Assembly (NCBI GenBank): GCA_963843795.1
Contig: CAWJLW010000006.1
Location: 2,232,001-2,296,000 of the forward strand
Direction of reading: 5' to 3'
Origin: an uncultured bacterium
GTDB lineage: Bacteria > Armatimonadota > Abditibacteriia > Abditibacteriales > Abditibacteriaceae
DNA: 64,000 bases
Translations under genes and position numbers: made by a program
Part shown: positions 52,949 to 62,390 of the stretch, piece by piece
Position numbering within the stretch: position 1 is the stretch's first letter
Layout: every line of letters starts with the position of its first letter
Notes under the pieces: model-generated
The model's database searches: none
What the model was told of the DNA's origin: nothing
The model's input: only the letters and a program-made list of their open reading frames with translations

Positions 52949-54013
52949 TCAATTTTTCACTAAATCGCGCGCCATTCGCGCCGTCGAGCGCGCCAAATCC
53001 GCTAATTCTTGTCGCTTTTCCTGGCTCAAAGGTTTCGCCTGCGCGACCGCGTTTTCCAGCGCGGCTTCGTCATTCAAATTATCCAGACAGGGTGCGCCAA
53101 TGATTTCGGCCAGCGCGCGCACTTTGGGATCGTAGTTAATCGCGATGCAGCGAACGCCGCGCGAAGCGGCAAAAATCAAGGCGTGCAAGCGCATCGCGAT
53201 CATCAGTTCGCCACGACCTGCTTCGCCCACAATTTGGCGCACCGACAGCGCACTTGTATCGACAAATTCATCGCGCGACGCATCGCCATGCTGCTGCAGG
53301 TAGGTGCGCAACAGCGGCCCATCGTGTTGCGGCTGCAATGGCAGCAAACGCAACCGCGCGCCGTGACGCTTGGCCAATTTGGACAAAAATGCGCCATTCC
53401 CGCCATCGTTTTCCGGCCACGAACGCAACGCCAATGTCCAAGCTTCATGGTTCAACGGTTCAAGCCTGGGCGCATCTAACGCCCACACCGGATCAGCGGT
53501 GACGTGAATTTCGCGTTTCACGCCGATTTCGCGCAGCAGTTGCGCCGAACTTTCATCGCGCACGCACAAACAATTTGCGCCATTGAAAGCCGCGCGCGCC
53601 AATTTGCGCGACAACGATTTGTTCAATGGCCCGACGCCCTGAGCATAAATCATCAGTGGCTTGCGCGCCAACCGCGCGAAACGCATCAGACCGGTGTAAT
53701 AAACCACGTTACGCAAACTTGTCACGTCTTGAACCAAACTGCCGCCACCCGAAACGAACAAATCGCAAGCTCGAATATTTTGCAGCAGTTCGCGCGGGTT
53801 CTGGCGACCGATAGCGCGAACGGGATGCGCGGACGCGTCGTGTGCTCTCTGCGTTTGTGCTGCATCGCCCGAAGTGACGATAAATTGCGCGCTGCAAGTA
53901 CTTGCAGCATCATTTGCAGAGAATTGAGCGCCCAATTGTTGAAGAATGGCCGCTAAAACCGCTTCATCACCCGCGTTGGCGTAGCCGTAGTAACCGTTAA
54001 GAAAAACTTTCAC
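52949..54013 (-). CDS. csaB: Polysaccharide pyruvyl transferase CsaB
   Basis: GYYGYANAGDEA, SGGGSLVQDVTS, AQGVGPL, VRDESS, MRLHALIFA, YDPKV. Confidence 0.92.
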   Translation of the reverse strand: MKVFLNGYYGYANAGDEAVLAAILQQLGAQFSANDAASTCSAQFIVTSGDAAQTQRAHDASAHPVRAIGRQNPRELLQNIRACDLFVSGGGSLVQDVTSLRNVVYYTGLMRFARLARKPLMIYAQGVGPLNKSLSRKLARAAFNGANCLCVRDESSAQLLREIGVKREIHVTADPVWALDAPRLEPLNHEAWTLALRSWPENDGGNGAFLSKLAKRHGARLRLLPLQPQHDGPLLRTYLQQHGDASRDEFVDTSALSVRQIVGEAGRGELMIAMRLHALIFAASRGVRCIAINYDPKVRALAEIIGAPCLDNLNDEAALENAVAQAKPLSQEKRQELADLARSTARMARDLVKN

Positions 54014-54070
54014 GCACGCAGTTAAGCAAAAAGCGCGCAGCAGGTACTTGCACAACGCTTGTTCGATTTC

Positions 54071-55369
54071 TCAGCGGCGCGTTTTCGGGTCAAGCGCATC
54101 GCGCAAGCCATCGCCCAGAAAGTTGAACGCCAACGTGGTGAGGAAAATCGCCACACCGGGCGCTAAAATCCAGCGCCGAGATTCGACGGTCGTCAAATCT
54201 TGCGCGGCACTGAGCATATTGCCCCAGCTTGCCATCGGTTCGCGAATTCCCAAACCCAAAAAACTCAAACCGGCTTCGCCCAGAATGTAGCCCGGCACGC
54301 TCATTGTGGCCGCGACGATGGCGAAAGTGAATGTCGAAGGTAAAATGTGGCGCACGATGATTTGCAAATCGCTCTGGCCCAGAGAACGCGCGGCTTCGAC
54401 ATATTCGCGTTCGCGTACGGAAAGCGTCATGCCGCGCACAATGCGCGCCATGCCCGCCCAACCGACAAAGCTCAGAATCACGATAATTAAAACGTAAACC
54501 AGAATCGGATTCATATCTGGCGGCAAGGCAGCAGCGAGTGCGAGCAGCAGATAGAAATCGGGCACGCTCATCAAAATTTCGCAGCCGCGCATAATTAAAT
54601 CATCGGTGCGTCCACCGTAGTAACCGCTGATGCCGCCGACCAGCATGCCTAGCGAAAACGTGATCGCAATCGCCACTAAGCCGACCGAAAGCGAAATTTG
54701 CGCGCCGTAAAGCAAGCGCGAGAGATAATCGCGGCCTTGCTGATCGGTGCCCAGAAGATAAACGAAACCCTCACGCGCGCCGAACAAGTGGCGGTCGGTA
54801 GGAATGAGGCCGAACAGACGATAGGGCGCGCCATGTACAAACCAGTCGATCCAGCGCGGTTGCGCAGCATCAGGTAAATCTTCCACGCCGCCAAACGCAT
54901 TGCGATTGCGCTGCGTAAGATAAACAAAGGGCCGCCGATGCCATTCACCGCCGACTTCCTGCCAGCGAAAGCGCATCGGCGCGTGATAGGTCAGGCTGTG
55001 CCCGCCGGGTTCGTCTTCCAGGGGCGAATAGGGCGCGAGAAACGGCGCGAACAAGGCCATCGAGTACAAAACCGCCAGCGTCCATAACCCAACCATCGCC
55101 AGCCGATTTTTCTTCAATTCGCGCCATGCCAAACGTCCCGGCGAAAGTTGACCAAGCGAAGTCTCACGCGCGGCGCGACCGGTGAGAAATTGACGCTCGG
55201 CTTTGCGCTCGCTGGCACGTTGCGTCGTAGTTTCCTTTGTGGGCGCGGTCGTCGAATCTGTGATATCGGGCAGCGCAGCGCCCGCAACCAGTTGGCCTTC
55301 GTGCGCGGCTGCGGGCGGTTCGCGTTCGGGCTGAGGGCGTTCGGATTGAGAATCGGAAGACGAATTCAT
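54071..55369 (-). CDS. Peptide ABC transporter permease (OppC/DppC-like)
   Basis: LLGTD..GRD.LSRLLYG..ISL, ARIVRG, EYVEAARSLG, EAGLSFLGLG, GDGLRDALDP. Confidence 0.93.
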   Translation of the reverse strand: MNSSSDSQSERPQPEREPPAAAHEGQLVAGAALPDITDSTTAPTKETTTQRASERKAERQFLTGRAARETSLGQLSPGRLAWRELKKNRLAMVGLWTLAVLYSMALFAPFLAPYSPLEDEPGGHSLTYHAPMRFRWQEVGGEWHRRPFVYLTQRNRNAFGGVEDLPDAAQPRWIDWFVHGAPYRLFGLIPTDRHLFGAREGFVYLLGTDQQGRDYLSRLLYGAQISLSVGLVAIAITFSLGMLVGGISGYYGGRTDDLIMRGCEILMSVPDFYLLLALAAALPPDMNPILVYVLIIVILSFVGWAGMARIVRGMTLSVREREYVEAARSLGQSDLQIIVRHILPSTFTFAIVAATMSVPGYILGEAGLSFLGLGIREPMASWGNMLSAAQDLTTVESRRWILAPGVAIFLTTLAFNFLGDGLRDALDPKTRR

Positions 55370-55519
55370 AAAAGTGAAGTTGGGCAATGGCTCGAAATGG
55401 ACGTTTGGCGCATGGATATTCAGTGCGCAGCGAATCGCTGACGGAGATTTTACCCAACTTCTGCACGAATCTCACGGCAGCAGAGTTTAATTCGCTGGCA
55501 GATATCGGGTTCGGCAACG

Positions 55520-55557
55520 ACAAAAGCGTTCTGCAAGTACTTGCAGAACGCTTTTGT
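55520..55557. terminator. 38-bp perfect palindrome centred on GCAAGTACTTGC after the second cpaE
   Basis: acaaaagcgttctGCAAGTACTTGCagaacgcttttgt. Confidence 0.75.
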
Positions 55558-55571
55558 GAGATGATTATGGT

Positions 55572-56801
55572 TCACGGACCGAAGAATTTCGCGAAGAATC
55601 CGCCTTTGCCGGTACCATTGCTGGTGCTGCCTTCGGTTTCGCGGCCCAGCAGCTCGAGAGCGAAATCGTTGATGCGGCGCGCGATAAGCGAACTGGTCGC
55701 ATGAGTAACAAACGGTTTGCCCTCGTTGATGCTGGGGACAACAGTGCGTCCATCGGAAGGCACTTGCAAACGTACCGGAACGCCCAGCGATTCTTCGACT
55801 TCCTCGACCGAGATGCCGGTATCACTGTTGGCGCGGTTCAGCACAACGTGAATTTTTTCCGGCGCATACAATTGGCGCAACATATCCAGCGCGATGCGCG
55901 TTTTATGCAAAGCCAGCAAATCCAAAGTCGTTAAAAGAAGAATCGTGGTAGCAGCATCTAACGCGGCCAGCGTCGTATCTTGCAATTGCGACGGCGTATC
56001 GACAATAACCCATTGGTAAGACGAGCGCATCACATCGAGAACCTGTTCGACCGAATAAACCGTGATACTTTCAGCGTGTTGGGGCGACGAGGGCGCGGCC
56101 AGAACGCGCAGGCCGGATGCTTCGTGCGGCGTAAGATATTGTTCAACCAAGTCGGCATCCATTCCCATCGCGCCTTTTTGCGCCAGACCCGCCAGCGTGT
56201 GCTCGGGGCTGAGATTGAGCATCAAGTCGATGTCGCCAAATTGAAGATTCAAATCAACCAAAGCCACGCGGCCTTTTTGTCCCTGCGCATTTAAGGCGGT
56301 GGCCAGAGCAATACCAAGATTAGCCGATAAAACGCTTTTCCCCGCACCGCCTTGAGGTGAATAAATCGCGATCATCTGTCCGCCGCCGGTGCTGACTTCA
56401 GCGCCCGATTCGATGGCCGCACGATGCTTTTGCAGTGTGTGGTGAACCGAACGGATCGTGTTGAGCAAGTCGTCCACGCCGACCGGCTTAACCAGCACAT
56501 CGCGCGCGCCTCCGCGCATCAAACGGCGCACCAACTCCATATTGACGCCATCGATGAGCACGATGACTGCACTTTCGGGCGAAGCGAGTTGCAAATTCTC
56601 GACGGATGTAGTGATGTCGGGCGCGGCCACAGAGCCGTCGACTAGCACCACAGAAGGACGCAGCGAACGCGCCATCTCAATGGCTTCCTGTCCTTCGCGC
56701 GCATCGCCGATGACTTCGATGGTGCGGTCGCGGCCCAGCAAATTCACCAGCTCTTGCCGCGATACCGACTTGGGGTCAGCCACTAAAACCGTGATCGCCA
56801 T
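55572..56801 (-). CDS. cpaE: CpaE/TadZ-like receiver + MinD-type ATPase (second copy)
   Basis: REC, SPQGGAGKS..ANL, VALVDLNLQFGD, IVDTP, VVLNR, INEGKP. Confidence 0.88.
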   Translation of the reverse strand: MAITVLVADPKSVSRQELVNLLGRDRTIEVIGDAREGQEAIEMARSLRPSVVLVDGSVAAPDITTSVENLQLASPESAVIVLIDGVNMELVRRLMRGGARDVLVKPVGVDDLLNTIRSVHHTLQKHRAAIESGAEVSTGGGQMIAIYSPQGGAGKSVLSANLGIALATALNAQGQKGRVALVDLNLQFGDIDLMLNLSPEHTLAGLAQKGAMGMDADLVEQYLTPHEASGLRVLAAPSSPQHAESITVYSVEQVLDVMRSSYQWVIVDTPSQLQDTTLAALDAATTILLLTTLDLLALHKTRIALDMLRQLYAPEKIHVVLNRANSDTGISVEEVEESLGVPVRLQVPSDGRTVVPSINEGKPFVTHATSSLIARRINDFALELLGRETEGSTSNGTGKGGFFAKFFGP

Positions 56802-56958
56802 GAAAATTTATCCTAACTCAAACCGTGTCCGACCTATATCTATGCAGCAAATACTTGCCACCGTCTGGGCGCTGTGTTCTGTATTTACCTGCCGCGATGT
56901 TCTTATAACGACATTATTCTAGCGAGATTGTTATCACATTCTATGCCAGTGCGCTGGG

Positions 56959-56998
56959 GAAATATCAGGCCCGCAAGTACTTGCGGGCCTGATATTTC
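56959..56998. repeat. 40-bp perfect palindrome centred on GCAAGTACTTGC
   Basis: gaaatatcaggcccGCAAGTACTTGCgggcctgatatttc. Confidence 0.9.
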
Positions 56999-57006
56999 GA
57001 GAATCG

Positions 57007-60000
57007 CTACTGTTGTTGCGCGGTGCCCAACACGCCGAAAGCGGCGGCTCCAGTCGCTGGATCCGGCAAGCCGGGCAAGCCGGGCACGCGCTTAACAGTT
57101 TCCATCGTATTGACCGAGGCATCCGAGCGCAAGATGCGTGGAGTCAAGAAAATAGCCAATTCGCTTTCGTTATTTTCAAAGCGCTTGCTTTTGAACAGAC
57201 TGCCGATAATCGGCAGGCTGGACAAAATCGGCACGCGCGAAGTTTGCAATCGGCGGTCGTTGGTAATCAAGCCGCCCAGCACAATCGTGTCGCCTTCGCG
57301 CATATTCATTGTGGTGTTGACCGAACGCACGCGCTCGCCAGGAATCAAAGAACCGTTGAGCGTGATGCCGAATTCGTTGGCCAGTTCGGTGACATCGGCG
57401 CGAATCTGCAAAATAATCGTATCGTCATCGGTCATCGTCGGGCGCATTGTCAAAATAATGCCAAAGCGTCGGAACACAATGCTCTGTCCGACTGCTTGAC
57501 CAGTCGCCACCGCACTGGGTACCGGACGCTCGCCCCCAATCACGATCTGCGCTTCGGCGCCTTCAATGGCGGTCAGGTTCGGCTTGGAAAGAATGCGCGC
57601 GTTACCGTTTTGATAAAGCGCGTTCAAACGCGCACGCAAAGGATCGAGCAGTTGCAACGGCCCGCCGCCGGCAAACCCGTTGCCGCCCACCGCGATACCG
57701 GGCCGGAAAGTCGGATCAACTTCATTGGTGACGGTTGCGGGCGTGGCTCCGGTCGTGGTTCTCTCGCCGGTTGGGCTGACAACAGTTGTGCCTGGATTGC
57801 CCGGAGTTGTAGTGCGAGAAAGCAAAGTCGCCGAACCGACTTCGACGCCCAAATTGCGCAGCGAAGTACGCGAAATTTCCACAATCGCGGTTTCTGCCGT
57901 TACACGACGCACTTGTTGCCCCACGCCGTCGAGAACGCGCACGAACATCTGCACGTTAATCGGCTGACGGTAACCCGCCGCGGGCTGCTGCGCTGCGTTG
58001 ACCGGATTGCTCAAATGTTCGGGATCGCTGATGAAGCCCGGCGCTTGCACACTACCCACGCCCGCCACGGGAACCGGCGTAAACGAGACCGAACCCGGCC
58101 CGCTGGCTCCGTAACCATAGGGCGTTACCACACCGCCGTTAGGAGTTGCAAAAGGCACCGAACCCGCCGCAATCGGCAAACCGTTCGCGCCCGTCACTCC
58201 ATTTCCAAAACCTACGCCGCCCAAACCAGTGGGCAAGCCGCTTCCACCGCCTGTAATAGCGCCCGTAGGTGCCGTTGCACCCGTTGTCGCTGTCCCACCC
58301 GCGTTAGGCGTTACACCTGTGCCGCCACCCGCTGCGACCTGAGCGTTGAATTGATACTGGGGGACGCTGCCATTCACATCCGCCATCGGTGCGTAAAGTG
58401 CGTTGCCCTGAGTGCCATTGGCACCCGGCGCGCTGTTGGCGCCATTGGTTGGCAAGTTGGTATTGGGAATATAGCGAGGTGGCGCGCCTTGACCGCTCTG
58501 CACTCCCGGCACGCCAGCCCCCTGTTGATCGCCGCTAATCGCCAGCGCAGGAATCATCACCGCGGCGTAACGTCGCACCGTGTCGTATTCAACGCGGTCG
58601 CGCACCGTTCCGTAAATGGCGACGGCGTTGCTGGCTGTGCGCACTGCCGACACTGTTTTAACGCCAGTCACTTCCTGCAAACGCTCGGTGATACGCTGAT
58701 CTTCGCCCTGCAAAACGGGCCGGTCGGTGCCGTAATACTTGCTCGATTCGCCACCAGTTACACCATTGTCGGGACTGTTGGGGTCACGCACTACGATAAA
58801 AGGCAAAATTCGCTGATTGAGTGAACCAAGCAGACCCATTAGAGCCTGCGCATCTTCGCGTGACGCGACTGTCGCTTTAGCAGCCAGGCCGGTTGGCAGT
58901 GAAACCAGTTCTACTGAATCGTTGCCAGTAATTTGTCGAATTTTGGATTGCAAAACTTCTTCGCCGCTCGCGCTCTGCATAGGATTATTGATCTGTTGCA
59001 AAGTCGGCGACTGTGGATCGAGATACAACGAAGAAATCACTTGTTCGCGCGGCACAAAAAGCGCCGCCGTGCTAATCGCCGCACTAACTTCGGCGGTGTC
59101 GCGCAAAATTCCGCCCAGCGTAGCAGCCAAACCGCCGTTAGGCTGTTGAATCACGCGCACCGTAATGCGCGGGTCATTAAGGGCGCTGCGAATCGCCATT
59201 TCCACGTTCGCCGGATCAATCTGTGTGACAGGTACATCTTGCGGCGTTGGCGCCTCGACCACGATGTTGAAAATTTCCGCGCGCCCGACCACGTCATTGG
59301 GACTTTGTGCCACGAAAACTGCCAGTGTCGAAAGTCCGGCCTGCGTGCCACTAATTGCGATTGTACGCGCGTTCATTGCCCGCGCATCCATTACTGCGAC
59401 ATCCGAATAATAAACCGATAAAATGTTCTGGCTGAACTTGAGAAAACGCGCCAGTCCCCGCGTGATTGTAATCGTGCGCCCGCTCTGCCCTCCATTGACG
59501 CTGGTTTGTGCTACGCCACGCATCTGTGCCGCGTTGGGAGCCGGAAAACGATTGGCCTGCGCGGAAGGCTGAATAGTTTGTGGTGTCATCTCCAGACCGG
59601 AAAAATCCGGCGCGCCCAATCCCCATGGTAACGTCTCATTCTTTCTCAGCGGAGGGAGCGTTGGGTCCAACGATGATGTCCCCATCGAAGGCATCGGCAC
59701 CAGAGATTGAGTAGTCAATTCCGCGTCGCGAGGCGTTGGCGAAGAACTGGTTTTTTCGGCAGCAGCAACCGGCACGGGCGGCTTGTTTGCAAGCGGCGTC
59801 GCAGCGCGTTCGGGGCGCGGTACGGCAATCGGATTGGGCACGTCGCCGGTCGCGGCAGTGGGCGCTTGAACCGTAATGTCGGCAGGCGAACTACCGGTGG
59901 CCTTCACCACAGTCGCAGACGCGCCAGCAACCGTTGTAGCGGCACTTTTAGAGGGCACGCGCTGTCCCTCGGCGTTCAACACATCGAAAACGTAACGTGT

Positions 60001-60454
60001 TTTCGTGCCATCCGCTTTGGTCACTGTGATGGCGGCCCGTCCGGGACGCTTGGTATCAACCAACAAGAGATTACCTTTGTCACCCCGTTTAACAGAAAGG
60101 CCGACGACCGACGCGCCCTGCTCGTAGTCGAAAGTCGCGTTGGGTTCGAGAGGAAAAGAGGCTTGCGATTTCAAAGGCAACAAAATAGTGCCGTCATCGG
60201 CGACCTGATACGAAGGGCCGTTTTGAATTTTCGCCGCCACCGAAGACGCACTCTCCTGCGCGCGCGCCGGGGCAAGTGCCCGGCGCGCCCGACAAAGTGC
60301 CACACAGCGACAACAAAAACAGAGCGCTGTATCGAGATTTGCGCGCAGAAATGCTGTTCGCGAAAATGCTGTTCGCAGAAACGCCAATCAAGCGCGAAGC
60401 ATGCAAACGGTGAGTTGGCAGGGAGGGCAAAGCGACTTCGACGTGATTATTCAT
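57007..60454 (-). CDS. cpaC: CpaC/RcpA-type secretin (second copy; apparent +1 frameshift near 60280)
   Basis: Secretin core ILSKPNL..EG.EA...GGERP, FGI.L.M.P, VPILSSLPIIGSLFKS..FENNESEL.IFLTP. Signal peptide RKSRYSALFLLSLCGTLSGAP-ALAPARAQ is restored by removing one G. Confidence 0.88.
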
Positions 60455-60615
60455 GCCAGTTCAGAGCGCAAAAGCGCGTAATTAAAATAAGACGGCGACC
60501 ACAAAATCGCGCAATTCCGATATTTTCTACAATTTGAACAACGCCTGCCACTCGATTCCACAGTGCTCAGGCACCGTCGTTATTGACTTTTCACAACTGC
60601 TTACAAATTCTGTCG

Positions 60616-60645
60616 AACAGCCCTGCAAGTACTTGCAGGGCTGTT
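60616..60645. terminator. 30-bp perfect palindrome centred on GCAAGTACTTGC after the second cpaB
   Basis: aacagccctGCAAGTACTTGCagggctgtt. Confidence 0.65.
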
Positions 60646-60653
60646 TTAGCTTT

Positions 60654-61964
60654 TCACTCGCGAGGTTTCTTGACCGTATCGGTTCGCACCAGTTTGCCAT
60701 CACCGTAAACGGGAATGTCGTAAGTCGTGGGCGGTGGCGGCGACATTTTTTCGACGTTAGCGGGCGGAATAATCGGCACGTCCCGACTGCCGCCGCTTTC
60801 GGGCGAAGGAATCGTTGGCGGCCCCACATAATTGACTCCGCCGCCCCGACTGGAACGCGATGGACGCGACGCTGCGCCCGAAGAAACGTTACGGATGCCA
60901 TTGCCGCTATTAGAGCTAGTCGCGCTGCTTTTGGCGGGCGCAGGATTTTTCAGGCGAGCGGAATAAGGAGCCAGTTGCGGACGTGTAATAGAAGCGGCGC
61001 GTACAGTGGCTTCGCCGTCGGCCAAACGCACATCGCCCGCATTGTCGCCACTGATGTCGGCATTAGACGGAACGCCGGGTTCGTTGCGCGGACGCAGTAA
61101 AAAGTCGATGTTTTGTCCCGCGGCCTGCGTCAGCGCGATGGCTGCTGCCTGTTCGGGCGACACTTCAATCGTCAGCGCCGGTTCGGGACGCGGCGGTGGC
61201 GGGCCATCGGTGGGAGCTGGCGTGGGAGCCGCTCCCGGAACGGGCACAACAGTGGGTGCGGGCGCGCTACCTGCAGGCGCATCGGGACTGGTGGCCGCAA
61301 CTGGCGCAGCCGAAGGTGAGGATGGATTGGCGGTGTCGATAGAACGCGCGCTGGCCTTGTAATCGCCACGCATGGCGACTTTTACCTGCGGATAATCTTT
61401 GCCGAAGACATCGACTGCCAGCACGCGCACATTTTGAACCACCGTGCGCGCTTCAGCCTGATCGAACGACGCCACAATATCAATGCGGTCGCCCACACGT
61501 ACCAATTCGTGCAATGTATTTCTATTAGTCAGGGGAATCACCATCGCGCGCAAGCCAGGCTGCAAAGCGCCTGCGATGCCCACTTCGCTGATGTGACCGA
61601 CGAAATCGGCCTGACGTAGCGAAGTTCCGCTGGCGATGGGACGCGCTGTGATGAAACCTATGGCTTGAACGCCGGGATCGGTAACGAACGGCCCCGGCTC
61701 CATACCGGCGCGCGCATCGACCATTTTCAGCATATCCATAGTGACAATGCTACGCTCGGGAATGTCTTCGCGCGCTACAGCGATGCGAAATGCGGAAGTC
61801 GGCGCGACTGGTATTGTCTCGCCATTTTCCGTGGTTTGAGCCACAACAGGTGGCGAAGTTTGCGCTCTGTTCAGCAAGCCGCGCACGACGTAAACCAAAC
61901 CGATGAGAATCAACGCTACAGCAGCTATGAAAGCGCCGATGCGCATATTCCGATTAGTACGCAT
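60654..61964 (-). CDS. cpaB: Flp pilus assembly protein CpaB/RcpC (second copy)
   Basis: TM, VAREDIP, LQPGLRAM.I, VGDRIDI, VVQNVRVLAVD, LTIEVSPEQA. Confidence 0.9.
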   Translation of the reverse strand: MRTNRNMRIGAFIAAVALILIGLVYVVRGLLNRAQTSPPVVAQTTENGETIPVAPTSAFRIAVAREDIPERSIVTMDMLKMVDARAGMEPGPFVTDPGVQAIGFITARPIASGTSLRQADFVGHISEVGIAGALQPGLRAMVIPLTNRNTLHELVRVGDRIDIVASFDQAEARTVVQNVRVLAVDVFGKDYPQVKVAMRGDYKASARSIDTANPSSPSAAPVAATSPDAPAGSAPAPTVVPVPGAAPTPAPTDGPPPPRPEPALTIEVSPEQAAAIALTQAAGQNIDFLLRPRNEPGVPSNADISGDNAGDVRLADGEATVRAASITRPQLAPYSARLKNPAPAKSSATSSNSGNGIRNVSSGAASRPSRSSRGGGVNYVGPPTIPSPESGGSRDVPIIPPANVEKMSPPPPTTYDIPVYGDGKLVRTDTVKKPRE

Positions 61965-62390
61965 ATCTTAATTTTATCCCCAAAAAATAACGCCGTTCTC
62001 AACGCTCACGATTTCGTCTGCTGCGTTTGCGCCAAACCCAATACTCAGTAACAATTGTGTCGCCTTCATCATAGCACATTTTTTTCGCTGGTTCACAACT
62101 AACAGCAAATTTTTAGATTTCAACCCTGCTTTTTCCATCTCAGTTGCAACACGGGCGCTTGTAATGAAAATGGCGAATTTAAGTGAATTTGCAAAGGCCC
62201 CATTGAAAGAAAATTTCCGTTACAGACAAATCCTCTCTTTTCTTTTATCCACAGGCGACGCCAATTTTGAGAACACGCTCTCAATCCTTCGCAATAAAAC
62301 TATAAAACTCGCGTTGCAAGTACTTGCAGGGCACACGATTTAGCTCAATCGCTCCATGCGCGGCGCGATGCATAAATTCGATGCATGATT

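Noticed and set aside
57013..58824. 603-aa plus-strand ORF and other long antisense ORFs (8880-9830, 47021-48190)
   Set aside because: Shadows of well-supported genes on the opposite strand, with no recognisable domains.
60349..60376. Tandem AAATGCTGTTCGC repeat with 15-bp period
   Set aside because: A two-copy in-frame micro-duplication in the secretin leader (ANSIF ANSIS); no sign of function.
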